From Rhodovarius sp. (lineage in GTDB: Bacteria; Pseudomonadota; Alphaproteobacteria; Acetobacterales; Acetobacteraceae), in the NCBI GenBank assembly GCA_025057055.1, contig JANWYF010000134.1, positions 2,410 through 66,409 on the forward strand: DNA of 64,000 nt, in the 5' to 3' direction. The position numbers were made by a program, and so were the translations under genes. The notes below the pieces were generated by a model. That model was not told the origin of the DNA. It saw nothing but the letters and a program-made list of their open reading frames with translations, and ran no database searches. Each line of letters opens with the position of its first letter. Within the stretch, counting starts at the first letter, position 1. This document shows positions 18,206 through 28,289 of this stretch, piece after piece.

Positions 18206-19141
18206 ATGGCGAAGCTGATCATCAAATCGGGCGGGGCAGAGGGGTTTGCGGAGTGGCGGCGGCATTTCGCCGCCTGCGCGCCGGGGCTCGAGACCATCTT
18301 CTGGGAGGCGCCGCATGATCCGGCCAGCATCGACTATGCCCTGGTGTGGGATCCGGAGCCGGGCCGGCTCGCCGCCATGCCGCGGCTGCGCTGCATCTTC
18401 TCCTCCGGCGCAGGGGTGGATGGGATCATTCGCGATCCCTCCTGGCCCGTGCATGTGCCGCTGGTGCGCATGACCCCGCCCGGAGCAGCGCAGCGCATGG
18501 CCGAATATGTCGCCTGGGCGGCGCTGCACCTGATCCGGGGCGGGCGGCGGATGGCGCTGAACCAAGCGTGCGGCCGCTGGGAAGATTTCGACCACCCGAT
18601 CGCGCCCGAGACGCGAGTCGGCCTGATGGGCCTTGGCGTGATGGGAGCAGCGGCGGCGCGGGCGCTGCTCGCCTTAGGCTTTCCGGTGGCGGGGTGGACG
18701 CGCCGGTCCAAGGGCCTGCCGGGGGTGGAGGAGTTCCTGGGCGATCAGGCCCTGCCTGCTTTCCTGGCGAGGACCGATCTGCTCGTCTGTCTTCTGCCCG
18801 CCACGCCAGAGACGCGGCATATCCTCTCCGCACCGCTGCTCTCTGCCCTGCCGCGCGGGGCGATGCTGGTCAATGCGGCGCGCGGCTGGCACCAGAAGAT
18901 CGAGGACATCCTGGCCGCGCTCGATGAGGGGCAGCTTTCGGGCGCGGTGCTCGACGTCTTCGAGCCGGAACCTCTCCCGCCCGACCACCCGGCCTGGTCG
19001 CATCCGCGCCTGACCGTCACGCCGCATGTAGCAAGCCTGCCCTCACGCGCCGAGCGGGCCCGCTTCGTGGCCGAGCAGATCGCCCTGCTCGAGGCTGGCG
19101 GCACGCCCGGGCCGCTGTTCGATCCGGCGCGCGGCTATTGA
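18206..19141 (+). CDS. ghrA: Glyoxylate/hydroxypyruvate reductase A-like 2-hydroxyacid dehydrogenase
   Basis: SSGAGVDG, GLMGLGVMG, LLPATPET, VNAARG, LDVFEPEPL, TPHVAS. Confidence 0.82.
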   Translation: MAKLIIKSGGAEGFAEWRRHFAACAPGLETIFWEAPHDPASIDYALVWDPEPGRLAAMPRLRCIFSSGAGVDGIIRDPSWPVHVPLVRMTPPGAAQRMAEYVAWAALHLIRGGRRMALNQACGRWEDFDHPIAPETRVGLMGLGVMGAAAARALLALGFPVAGWTRRSKGLPGVEEFLGDQALPAFLARTDLLVCLLPATPETRHILSAPLLSALPRGAMLVNAARGWHQKIEDILAALDEGQLSGAVLDVFEPEPLPPDHPAWSHPRLTVTPHVASLPSRAERARFVAEQIALLEAGGTPGPLFDPARGY

Positions 19142-19194
19142 AACGATCGCGCCGAGGCTTGACCCGTGCCCGCGGCGGGCCTGACCATGCCGCC

Positions 19195-20814
19195 ATGCAG
19201 GCGGAGGTGATCGCGACCGGGGGGCGGATCTTTCGCGGCCTGGCCGGCGGTCTGGCCGAGGCGCTGGCCCTGGCGCGCGGCCGTGTGCTGGCGGTCGGGA
19301 GGCGGGCCGAGATCGAGGGGCTGGCCGGCCCGGGCACGCGGCGGCTCGACCTGGCCGGGCGGGTGGCGATCCCGGCTTTCCACGAGGCGCATATGCACCT
19401 CCTGCCCCTCGGCCTGGTGCTGTCGCAGGTCTCTCTGCGCGCGCCGGCGGTGCGCCGTCTGGAGGACATCCTTGACCGTCTGCGCGAGGCCGCAGCGCGC
19501 AGCGCGCCCGGCGAATGGGTGCTGGGCGCTGGCTACGACCACGCCGCGCTGGCCGAGGCGCGGCATCCGACGGCGGCCGAACTCGATCTGGCGGTGCCGG
19601 ACCGCCCGGCCTTCATCATGCGGGCCTGCGGCCATATGGGGGTGGCCAACAGCATGGCCTTGCGCGCGGCCGGGATCGGGCCGCAGACGCCCGATCCCCC
19701 CGGCGGCGTGATCGACCGCCGGGACGGATCGCCCACGGGTCTGCTGCAGGAGCGTGCTCTGCATCTCATCCAGCGCGCCATGCCCGCCCCCTCTCGCGCG
19801 CGGCTGATCGAGGCGATCGCGGCGGCCGGACGGCATCTGGCGGAGCAGGGCTTCGCTTCGGCAAGCGACATGAATGTCGGCATGACCGCAGGCCTTGCCG
19901 AGATCGCGGCCTATCGCGAGGCGGCGGAGAGCGGCTGCCTCCTGCAGCGGATGTGGCTCGTGCTGGCGGGCAATCCGGAAGGGATCGCGGCCGATGCCGT
20001 GGCGGCAGGGCTGCGCCCGTGGCGGCGGGGCGATGACCCGGCGGCGCTGCTGCGCTGCGGTGCGGTCAAGGTCTTTGCCGATGGCAGCGCGGGCGGGCTG
20101 ACCGCGGCCTTCTTCGACCCCTATCTGGCGGCCGACACCCGCGGCGTCCTCACCTTCCCGGCCGAGGAGATGCACGCGCTGCTGGCCCGCTACCACGCCG
20201 AGGGTTGGCAGCTCGCCATCCACGCCATCGGGGATGCCGCGATCGAGCAGGTGCTGTCCGGCATGGAGGCGCTGGGCACCACGCCGGATCGGCGCCATCG
20301 CATCGAGCATTGCGGCTTCGCCACGCCGGATCAGCGCCGGCGCATGCGCGCGCGCGGCATCCTGCCGGTGCCGCAGCCGGTCTTCATGTACGAGTTCGGC
20401 GATCTCTACCTGCGCAACCTGGGGCGGGAGCGGGCGGAGCGTGCCTATCCGATGCGCAGTTGGCTCCGCGAAGGTCAGCACCCGAGCGCTTCCTCGGATG
20501 CGCCGGTCTGCCCGACCGATCCTTTCCTCAACCTCTTCGCCATGGTCACCCGGCAGACGAGCCAGGGCAGCCTGCTCGGGCCGGAGGAGCGGCTCACGCT
20601 GCCCGAGGCCCTGCACTGCGCCACCTGGTGCGGGGCCTATGCGAGCTTCGTCGAGGACCGGCGCGGGGCGCTGGAGCCGGGGATGGATGCCGACATCGCC
20701 GTGCTCTCGCAGGACATCTTCGCCTCCTCGGTCGAGGCGCTGCCCAGCACCCGCTGCGACATCACCCTGCGCGGCGGGGTTGTGATCTACGACCGCCATC
20801 GGGAGCTGTCCTGA
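19195..20814 (+). CDS. YtcJ-like amidohydrolase (Amidohydro_3; NfdA/LaaA-like)
   Basis: FHEAHMHL, CGHMGVANS.AL, VKVFADGS, IHAIGD, IEHC, SSDAP, G.LEPG.DAD. Confidence 0.9.
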   Translation: MQAEVIATGGRIFRGLAGGLAEALALARGRVLAVGRRAEIEGLAGPGTRRLDLAGRVAIPAFHEAHMHLLPLGLVLSQVSLRAPAVRRLEDILDRLREAAARSAPGEWVLGAGYDHAALAEARHPTAAELDLAVPDRPAFIMRACGHMGVANSMALRAAGIGPQTPDPPGGVIDRRDGSPTGLLQERALHLIQRAMPAPSRARLIEAIAAAGRHLAEQGFASASDMNVGMTAGLAEIAAYREAAESGCLLQRMWLVLAGNPEGIAADAVAAGLRPWRRGDDPAALLRCGAVKVFADGSAGGLTAAFFDPYLAADTRGVLTFPAEEMHALLARYHAEGWQLAIHAIGDAAIEQVLSGMEALGTTPDRRHRIEHCGFATPDQRRRMRARGILPVPQPVFMYEFGDLYLRNLGRERAERAYPMRSWLREGQHPSASSDAPVCPTDPFLNLFAMVTRQTSQGSLLGPEERLTLPEALHCATWCGAYASFVEDRRGALEPGMDADIAVLSQDIFASSVEALPSTRCDITLRGGVVIYDRHRELS

Positions 20815-21756
20815 ATGCTGCGCTATGCCGCCCAGCGTATTGCGCTTGCGCTGCCCGTCCTGTTCGGCGTTCTGCTGATCGGCTTCCTGCTGATGCAGGT
20901 GGTGCCGACCGATCCCGCCACGGTCCGCGCCGGGCCGCAGGCAACCCAGGAGGTGATCGCCGCGATCCGGGCCGAACTCGGCCTCGACCGCCCGCTGTGG
21001 GAGCAGTTCGTGCTCTATCTCGGCCGGCTGGCCCAGGGGGATCTCGGCGTATCGATCATCAACAATGTTCCGGTGGCGCAGGAGCTGGCCAACACCATCG
21101 GCCCGACCCTGGAGCTGATGGTGGCCGCGCTCTTCTGGTCGATCCCGCTCGGGATCCTTCTTGGCACCGTGGCGGCCTACTGGCGCGGGTCGCTGCTCGA
21201 TCGCGCGATCATGGCGGTCTCGGTGGCCGGGGTGTCGATACCGGTCTTCTTCCTCGGCCTGGTGTTGATCTGGGTCGTGGGCTTTCACTGGCAGCTGCTG
21301 CCCTTCACCGGCCGCGCCGGGCCGCTGTGGACGCTCGAGGGGATCCGGGCCATCATCCTGCCCGCGCTCACCCTGGGCGGCGTCTTCGTCGGGCCGGTTG
21401 CGCGCATGACCCGCACGGCGGTGCTCGATACGCTCTCGGCCGATCACGTGCGCACGGCGCGGGCCAAGGGGCTGGCCGAGCAGCTGGTGGTGCTGCGCCA
21501 TGCGCTGCGCAACGCGCTCATTCCGGTGGTGACGCTGATCGGCCTGCAGATCGGCTTCCTGTTGGGCGGGGCGGTGGTGACGGAGACGATCTTCTCCTGG
21601 CCCGGGGTGGGGCGTCTGGCGGTGGGGGCGATCACCTCGGCCGATTTTCCCGTCGCGCAGGGGACCATCATCGTGCTCTCGGCCGGCTTCATCCTGATCA
21701 ACCTCGCCGTCGATCTGCTCTATGCCGTGCTCGACCCGCGGGTGAGGCTGTCATGA
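20815..21756 (+). CDS. Peptide/nickel ABC transporter permease (DppB/OppB-like)
   Basis: LGLDRPLWEQF..YL, GDLGVS, HVRTARAKGL...V..RHALRNALIP, YAVLDPR. Confidence 0.93.
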   Translation: MLRYAAQRIALALPVLFGVLLIGFLLMQVVPTDPATVRAGPQATQEVIAAIRAELGLDRPLWEQFVLYLGRLAQGDLGVSIINNVPVAQELANTIGPTLELMVAALFWSIPLGILLGTVAAYWRGSLLDRAIMAVSVAGVSIPVFFLGLVLIWVVGFHWQLLPFTGRAGPLWTLEGIRAIILPALTLGGVFVGPVARMTRTAVLDTLSADHVRTARAKGLAEQLVVLRHALRNALIPVVTLIGLQIGFLLGGAVVTETIFSWPGVGRLAVGAITSADFPVAQGTIIVLSAGFILINLAVDLLYAVLDPRVRLS

Positions 21757-22607
21757 GCGCCACCGCCGCCGCCCCCGGGCGGCCCTCGGCGCTGGCGATG
21801 CTGCTGCGCGATGCCGCGGCCACGGTGGCGCTCGTCTTCGTCGTGCTGGTTGTGCTGGCGGCGCTGCTCGCACCCTGGATTGCCCCGCGCGATCCCTACG
21901 CGACGGATCTGCTGGCCATCATGCAGCCGCCCTCGGCGCAATACTGGTTCGGCACAGACGGGCAGGGGCGCGATATCTTCTCCCGCTGCCTCTACGGATT
22001 GCGGGTCACCCTGTTCATGGGCTTGGCCTCCCTGCTGGCGGGCGGGGCGCTGGGCGCCCTGGTCGGCTTCACCGCCGCCTTCTACCGTCGTCTCGACGGG
22101 GTGCTGATGCGGCTGATGGACATGCTGCTCTCCTTCCCCGCCATCCTGTTCGGCCTTGCCCTGGCGGCGATCTTCGGGCCCGGGCTCACCTCGGTGATCA
22201 TCGCGCTGTCGATCGCCACCGTGCCGCTGATGGCGCGCATCGTGCGCGGGGCGGCGCTGGTCGTCATGGGCCTCGACTACATCGAGGCTGCGCGCGCGAT
22301 CGGCATGGGCGACGGCCGGCTGATCCTGCGCCATGTCGCGCCCAACTGCCTCTCGCCCATCTTCGTCTTCGCGACCTTGCGGCTCGGGCAGGTGATCCTG
22401 CTCGGCTCGGCGCTGTCCTTTCTCGGCCTCGGCGCGCAGCCGCCCACCGCCGAACTCGGCGCCATGGCGGCGCAGGGGCGCAACTTCCTCTTCATCGCGC
22501 CGCATATCAGCGTCATCCCTTCGCTGGTGATCTTCGCCGTCGTCCTGGCCTGCAATGTGCTGGGCGATGCGCTGCGGGATGCGCTGGACCCGCGGCTGCG
22601 CATCTGA
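21753..22607 (+). CDS. Peptide/nickel ABC transporter permease (DppC/OppC-like)
   Basis: WFGTDGQGRDIFSR, YIEAARAIG, RHVAPN, LSFLGLG, GDALRDALDPR; ATGA overlap. Confidence 0.93.
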   Translation: MSATAAAPGRPSALAMLLRDAAATVALVFVVLVVLAALLAPWIAPRDPYATDLLAIMQPPSAQYWFGTDGQGRDIFSRCLYGLRVTLFMGLASLLAGGALGALVGFTAAFYRRLDGVLMRLMDMLLSFPAILFGLALAAIFGPGLTSVIIALSIATVPLMARIVRGAALVVMGLDYIEAARAIGMGDGRLILRHVAPNCLSPIFVFATLRLGQVILLGSALSFLGLGAQPPTAELGAMAAQGRNFLFIAPHISVIPSLVIFAVVLACNVLGDALRDALDPRLRI

Positions 22608-22638
22608 CAAGCATGGAAACATGATCAGGGAGAGGCAG

Positions 22639-24237
22639 ATGAAGCGATTTTGGAAGACCCTGGCGGCGGTGGGGCTTGGGGCGATCATCGCCTGGCCCGC
22701 TCTGGCCCAGCCCGCGCGCAACACGATCACCATCATGCGCGAGATCGACGCCGACCGCTACGACCCGCACCGGTCGACGGCGCTCGCCGCCGGGGAGGTG
22801 CTGACCATGCTCTCCGACACGCTGGTCAGCCTGGATTTCGACATGCGCACGATCCGCCCCGGCCTTGCCGAGCGCTGGGAGGTCACGCCCGACGGCCTGA
22901 CCTATACCTTCCATCTGCGCCAGGACGTGACCTTCTGCGACGGCCGGCCCTTCACGGCCGAGGACATGGCCTACAGCCTCAACCGCTGGATCGGGCGGAC
23001 CACGCCGCGGGTGACCAGCCCGGTCGCCTGGCGCGCGGGCGATGTCAAGGAGATCCGGGCCACCGGCCCCTACACGCTGGTCTATGAGCTCAACCGCCCG
23101 CATTCGGAGCTTCTGCCCAACCTCGCGCTGTTCTTCGGCTCGGCCGTCGACCGTGCGACGGTCGAGCGCCTGGGCGACAATTTCGGCGTGCAGGGCTTCA
23201 ACGGCACCGGTCCCTTCTGCTGGGTGAGCTGGACGCCGCGCAACGAACTGGTGCTGCAGCGCCACCCCACCTACCGCTGGGGGCCGCCGGTGCTGGAAAA
23301 TCGCGGTCCGGCGCATGTCGAGCGCATCGTCTGGCGCGTCATCCCTGAGGCGGCAGCCAGGGTCGCCGCGATCCAGGCGGGCCAGGCCGACATTACCCAA
23401 TACATCCCGGAGGCCTTCTGGGATGCGCTGCGGCGGGTGCCGACGATCCAGATCTCCAACCAGCCCGAGTATCTCTGGGACCATTATCTGGGCTTCAAGG
23501 TCGACCGGCCGGTCGCCAATGACATCGCGATCCGCCGCGCCTTCCACATGGCGGTCGACCGGCCGGCGCTGGTGCGCGCGGTCTGGTCCGGGCATGCCAC
23601 GCCGGCGCGCGGCATCATCAATCCGCGCGCGCTCGATCACAGCCCGGAGGCGGACCAGCTCGTGCCCCCCTATGATCCGGCGGCGGCGCGGCGCATGCTG
23701 GATGAGGCGGGCTGGCGGGTCGGGCCCGATGGTATCCGCGTCAAGGACGGGCAGCGCGCCTCGCTGCTGCTCTATGCCATCAACACCCTGACCAACCAGC
23801 GCATGGGGGAGATCATCCAGCAGGCGGTACGGCAGGTCGGCATCGAACTGCGCGTGCAGCTGTTCGATGCCACGGTGGCCTGGGGGCGGCTGGCGACGCA
23901 GGAGTTCGACGCGCTGTTCCTGAGCTATCCCTACATCTCCGCCTCCGATGCGCTGAACCTCTACTGGCACAGCCGCTCCCGGCCCACTCCCAACCGGATG
24001 AACTGGGCCGATCCCCAGACCGACGCTTGGCTCGAGGAAGCCCGTTCGGCGGTCGATCCGGCGGTGCGGGCGCGCGCCACGGCCAACCTGCAGCGCCAGC
24101 TCAATGAAGCCTCGGCCTGGATGAATATCGCCCATACCCAGCTCAATGTGTTCAGCCATCAGCGGGTGCAGGGGGCCCGGGCGCATGGGCTCTACGGCAT
24201 CGGCATCTACAAGGGCCTTGATCTGAGGCTGCGCTGA
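22639..24237 (+). CDS. ABC transporter substrate-binding protein, family 5
   Basis: Signal peptide MKRFWKTLAAVGLGAIIAWPALA; PGLAERWEV..DG.TYTFHLR.DV.F.DG, GTGPF, IRRA...A.DR. Confidence 0.92.
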   Translation: MKRFWKTLAAVGLGAIIAWPALAQPARNTITIMREIDADRYDPHRSTALAAGEVLTMLSDTLVSLDFDMRTIRPGLAERWEVTPDGLTYTFHLRQDVTFCDGRPFTAEDMAYSLNRWIGRTTPRVTSPVAWRAGDVKEIRATGPYTLVYELNRPHSELLPNLALFFGSAVDRATVERLGDNFGVQGFNGTGPFCWVSWTPRNELVLQRHPTYRWGPPVLENRGPAHVERIVWRVIPEAAARVAAIQAGQADITQYIPEAFWDALRRVPTIQISNQPEYLWDHYLGFKVDRPVANDIAIRRAFHMAVDRPALVRAVWSGHATPARGIINPRALDHSPEADQLVPPYDPAAARRMLDEAGWRVGPDGIRVKDGQRASLLLYAINTLTNQRMGEIIQQAVRQVGIELRVQLFDATVAWGRLATQEFDALFLSYPYISASDALNLYWHSRSRPTPNRMNWADPQTDAWLEEARSAVDPAVRARATANLQRQLNEASAWMNIAHTQLNVFSHQRVQGARAHGLYGIGIYKGLDLRLR

Positions 24238-24240
24238 ACC

Positions 24241-25674
24241 ATGGCCGTCACGCTGATCCGCAACGCCGATCTCGTCATCGCCTGGGATCAGGGCGAGAAG
24301 CGCCACACCTATCTGCCCGGTGCCGATGTGGCGTGGCGCGACGGCGTGTTGACCTTCGTCGGCCGCGGCTATGACGGCCCGGCCGATACCATCCTCAACG
24401 GGCGCGGCCTGATGGTCATGCCCGGCCTTGTCAACATCCACGCCCACCCGACCAGCGAGCCCATGAACAAGGGCCTGCTGGATGAGATCGGCAGCCCGGG
24501 GCTCTACAAGTCCTCGCTCTACGAGTTCATGCCCATCTTCCGCGCCGATGCGGAGGCGATCCCGGACTGCGTGCGTGTTGCGCTGGCAGAGCTGCTGCTT
24601 TCGGGCGTGACCACGCTTGCCGATCTGTCGATGGCGCATCCCGGCTGGCTCGACCTGCTGGCCGAAGCGGGCATGCGCGTCTGCATCGCCCCGATGTTCC
24701 GTTCGGCCCGCTGGTATACGAAGAACGGGCACCTCGTCGAATACGAGTGGGACGAGAAGGCCGGCGTGAAGGCGATGGAGGAAGCCTTCGCGCTGATCGA
24801 GAGGGCCGAACAGCACCCCTCCGGCCTGCTCTTCGGCATGGCCTGCCCGGCGCAGATCGACACCTGCACGCCGGAGCTGTTGCGCGACTCGCGGGCGGAG
24901 GCACGCCGGCGTGGCATCTCCTGGCAGATCCACGCCGCCCAGTCGGTGGTCGAGTTCCACGAGATCACCCGCCGCCACGGCCTGACGCCGATCCAGTGGC
25001 TGCATGAGCAGGGGCTGCTCGATGAGCGTGCGATCATCGGGCATGCGATCTTCCTCGACGATCACCCCTCCACGCGCTGGCACACCGATCGCGACCTCGC
25101 CATCCTGGCCGAGACCGGGGCGACGGTTGCCCATTGCCCGACGGTGTTTGCCCGCCGCGGAATCACGCTCAAGGATTTCGGGCGCTATCGCCGGCGCGGG
25201 GTGAATCTCGGCATCGGCACCGATACCTATCCGCACAACATGCTCGACGAGCTGCGGCTCGTCGCCTATCTGGCGCGCACCCAAGCGGGCAACCCGCGCA
25301 CCATGAGCACGACCGACCTCTTCGATGCCGCGACCGTCGGCGGGGCGCGCGCGCTCGGGCGGGAGGACATCGGGCGCCTCGCTCCCGGCTGCCGGGCCGA
25401 TATCGTGGTGATCGATGCGACCCACCCGCGCATGCAGCCGGCCTATGACCCGTTGCGCAGCCTGATCTACGCCGCGGGGGATCGGGCGGTGAAGGATGTC
25501 TATGTCGACGGGCGCAAGGTGGTGGCCGATGGCGAGGTGCTGACCATCGATTTCCGCCAGGCCGCGCAGCATGTGGCGGAGGCGCAGAAGCGCGTGATCG
25601 CCCGCGCGCCGGCCCAGGACTGGGCGCACCGCCCGGTCGAGCGCATCGCCCCGCCGACCTTTCCGTGGCGGTGA
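24241..25674 (+). CDS. Amidohydrolase, deaminase/chlorohydrolase (SsnA/AtzA-like) subfamily
   Basis: [42 protein letters not shown]. Confidence 0.88.
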   Translation: MAVTLIRNADLVIAWDQGEKRHTYLPGADVAWRDGVLTFVGRGYDGPADTILNGRGLMVMPGLVNIHAHPTSEPMNKGLLDEIGSPGLYKSSLYEFMPIFRADAEAIPDCVRVALAELLLSGVTTLADLSMAHPGWLDLLAEAGMRVCIAPMFRSARWYTKNGHLVEYEWDEKAGVKAMEEAFALIERAEQHPSGLLFGMACPAQIDTCTPELLRDSRAEARRRGISWQIHAAQSVVEFHEITRRHGLTPIQWLHEQGLLDERAIIGHAIFLDDHPSTRWHTDRDLAILAETGATVAHCPTVFARRGITLKDFGRYRRRGVNLGIGTDTYPHNMLDELRLVAYLARTQAGNPRTMSTTDLFDAATVGGARALGREDIGRLAPGCRADIVVIDATHPRMQPAYDPLRSLIYAAGDRAVKDVYVDGRKVVADGEVLTIDFRQAAQHVAEAQKRVIARAPAQDWAHRPVERIAPPTFPWR

Positions 25675-26282
25675 TGGCAGGCGCAGCCCCCGCCGCGCCG
25701 GATCCGGCACTGCGCCGCACCGTGCTTGCGGTCGCGCTGCTCAACCTCGGCTATTTCGGCGTCGAGTTCGCGGCAGCGCTGCGCGTCGGGTCGGTTTCGC
25801 TGTTCGCCGACAGCATCGACTTCCTCGAAGATGCCTCGGTCAATCTGCTGATCCTGCTTGCCCTCGGCTGGAGCGCCGCGGCGCGGGCGCGCGTCGGCAT
25901 GGGGCTTGCGCTGCTGCTGCTGATGCCGACGCTGACCGGGCTGTGGACCGCGGTGGAGAAACTCCTCGAGCCGATACCGCCGGATCCGTTCACCCTCTCG
26001 CTGGTGGGCCTGGGGGCGCTCGCGGTCAATGTCGGCTGCGCGCTGATGCTCGCGCGCTTTCGCCGGCGCGAGGGCAGCCTGACCCGTGCCGCCTTCCTCT
26101 CCGCCCGCAACGACGCGCTGGCCAATCTCGGCATCATCCTGGCCGGTGTGGTCACCGCCTACCTGTGGAGATCGATCTGGCCGGACCTGGTGGTCGGTCT
26201 GGTGATCGCTGCGATCAACGCCGATGCGGCGCGCGAGGTCTGGCAGGCCGCGCGGGCCGAGGCGGCCGAGAGTCGCGCATGA
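25674..26282 (+). CDS. CDF-like cation transporter (membrane domain only)
   Basis: [41 protein letters not shown]; TGATG and ATGA overlaps with neighbours. Confidence 0.8.
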   Translation: MAGAAPAAPDPALRRTVLAVALLNLGYFGVEFAAALRVGSVSLFADSIDFLEDASVNLLILLALGWSAAARARVGMGLALLLLMPTLTGLWTAVEKLLEPIPPDPFTLSLVGLGALAVNVGCALMLARFRRREGSLTRAAFLSARNDALANLGIILAGVVTAYLWRSIWPDLVVGLVIAAINADAAREVWQAARAEAAESRA

Positions 26283-27250
26283 GCGAGCCGCTTCTGCGCG
26301 TCGAAAACCTGGTCACGAGCTTCCGCACCGCCGCCGGAGAGCTGCGGGCGGTCGATGGCGTGACGCTCTCGGTCGAACGCGGCCGCACGCTGGGCATCGT
26401 CGGGGAGTCGGGCTGCGGCAAATCGGTGCTCTCGCTCTCGATCATGCGGCTACTCGCCTGGCCTGGGCGCATCCTCTCCGGCCGGGTTCTCCTGGAGGGG
26501 CGCGATCTGACCGGGCTTTCCGCGGCCGAGATGCGCGCGGTGCGAGGGCGGGAGATCGCGATGATCTTCCAGGAGCCGATGACGAGCCTCAATCCCGTCC
26601 ACACCGTGGGGTTTCAGATCATGGAGGCGATGCGCGCCCACGACCGGCAGGCGGGGGCGGCAGAGCTGCGCCGCCGTGCCATCGCCGCGCTGGAGCGCGT
26701 GCGCATCCCCGCCGCCGCCCGCCGCTTCGGGGAATATCCGCACCAGCTCTCGGGCGGGATGCGCCAGCGGGTGATGATCGCCATGGCGCTGGCCTGCCGG
26801 CCCAAGCTGCTCATCGCCGATGAGCCGACCACCGCGCTCGACGTCACGGTGCAGGCGCAGATCCTCGATCTGCTGCGCGAACTGCAGCGGCAGGAGGGGA
26901 TGGGCATCATCCTGATCACCCATGACCTCGGTGTGATCGCCGAGATGGCCGATGAAGTGGCGGTGATGTATGCCGGCCGCGTGGTGGAGCAGGGGCCGGC
27001 GCGGGCGATCTTCGAGGATCCGCAGCATCCCTATACCCTCGGCCTGCTCGGCAGCATCCCGCGGCTGGATCAGGACCGCGCGCGGCTGACCGCGATCGAA
27101 GGCACCGTGCCGCCGCCCTTCGCCTGGCCGCCGGGCTGCCGCTTCGCGCCCCGCTGCCCCTTTGCCGAGGGCAGCTGCGAGGCCGCCCCGCCGCCGCTGC
27201 GCATGGTCACGCCGGGCCATGCCGCGGCCTGCCTGAAGGCACCGCTATGA
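26279..27250 (+). CDS. Peptide ABC transporter ATP-binding protein (DppD/OppD-like)
   Basis: [49 protein letters not shown]. Confidence 0.95.
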   Translation: MSEPLLRVENLVTSFRTAAGELRAVDGVTLSVERGRTLGIVGESGCGKSVLSLSIMRLLAWPGRILSGRVLLEGRDLTGLSAAEMRAVRGREIAMIFQEPMTSLNPVHTVGFQIMEAMRAHDRQAGAAELRRRAIAALERVRIPAAARRFGEYPHQLSGGMRQRVMIAMALACRPKLLIADEPTTALDVTVQAQILDLLRELQRQEGMGIILITHDLGVIAEMADEVAVMYAGRVVEQGPARAIFEDPQHPYTLGLLGSIPRLDQDRARLTAIEGTVPPPFAWPPGCRFAPRCPFAEGSCEAAPPPLRMVTPGHAAACLKAPL

Positions 27251-28281
27251 CAGCGCTGCTGGAAGCCTGGGACCTGGCCAAGCACTATCCGGCCCGGCAG
27301 GGCCTGGTGCGCGCAGTCGACGGCGTCTCCCTTCAGGTTGCGCGGGGCGAAACCCTCGCGCTGGTGGGCGAATCGGGCTGCGGGAAGTCCACCACGGCGC
27401 GGCTGGTGCTGAGGCTGATCGAGCCCACGCGCGGCCGGCTGCGCTTCGACGGGGAAGAGCTGACCGGCCTGCCGCCGGCCCAGCTGCGGCGGTTCCGCCG
27501 GCGGGCGCAGATCATCTTCCAGGACCCCTATGCCAGCCTCAATCCCCGGCTGCGGGTCGGTCAGACCATCATGGAACCGATGGAGGTGCATGGCCTGGGC
27601 AGCCCGGCCGAACGCCGTGCCAGGATGGAGGAGCTGCTCCGCCTCGTCGGCCTCGCCCCCTATCACGCCCAGCGCTACCCGCACGAGTTCTCGGGCGGGC
27701 AGCGCCAGCGCATCGGCATCGCGCGCGCGCTCGCCGTCCAGCCAGAGCTCGTGGTCTGCGACGAGCCGGTCTCGGCCCTCGATGTCTCGATCCAGGCGCA
27801 GGTGGTCAATCTGCTCAAGGATCTGCAGGCGCGCTTCGGCCTCTCTTACCTGTTCATCGCGCATGATCTGGCGGTGGTGCGGCACATGGCGGATCGGGTG
27901 GCGGTCATGTATCTCGGCCGCATCGTCGAGCTGGCGGAGAAGCGCGCCCTCTTCGCCGCGCCGCGCCATCCCTATACGCGGGCGCTGCTCGCTGCGATCC
28001 CGCATCCCGACCCGGCGCGGCGCGGCCGCGTCACACCCCTGGGCGGCGATCCGCCGAGCCCGATCAACCCCCCTTCCGGCTGCCGCTTCCATCCGCGCTG
28101 CCCCTTCGCGACCGAAATCTGCCGGCGGGAGGAGCCGCCACTCTCCGAGGGCGCGCATCAGGTGGCCTGCCACCATGCCGATACGCTGCCGCCGGCCGAT
28201 TTGGACTTCACCGGCGGCTTGAGCGAGACTGCGGCGCGCCGGCTCGCCCGCTATGCCGAGGCGGCCGCGGCCAAAGGGTAG
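27247..28281 (+). CDS. Peptide ABC transporter ATP-binding protein (DppF/OppF-like)
   Basis: [48 protein letters not shown]. Confidence 0.95.
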   Translation: MTALLEAWDLAKHYPARQGLVRAVDGVSLQVARGETLALVGESGCGKSTTARLVLRLIEPTRGRLRFDGEELTGLPPAQLRRFRRRAQIIFQDPYASLNPRLRVGQTIMEPMEVHGLGSPAERRARMEELLRLVGLAPYHAQRYPHEFSGGQRQRIGIARALAVQPELVVCDEPVSALDVSIQAQVVNLLKDLQARFGLSYLFIAHDLAVVRHMADRVAVMYLGRIVELAEKRALFAAPRHPYTRALLAAIPHPDPARRGRVTPLGGDPPSPINPPSGCRFHPRCPFATEICRREEPPLSEGAHQVACHHADTLPPADLDFTGGLSETAARRLARYAEAAAAKG

Positions 28282-28289
28282 GAGGCGCC

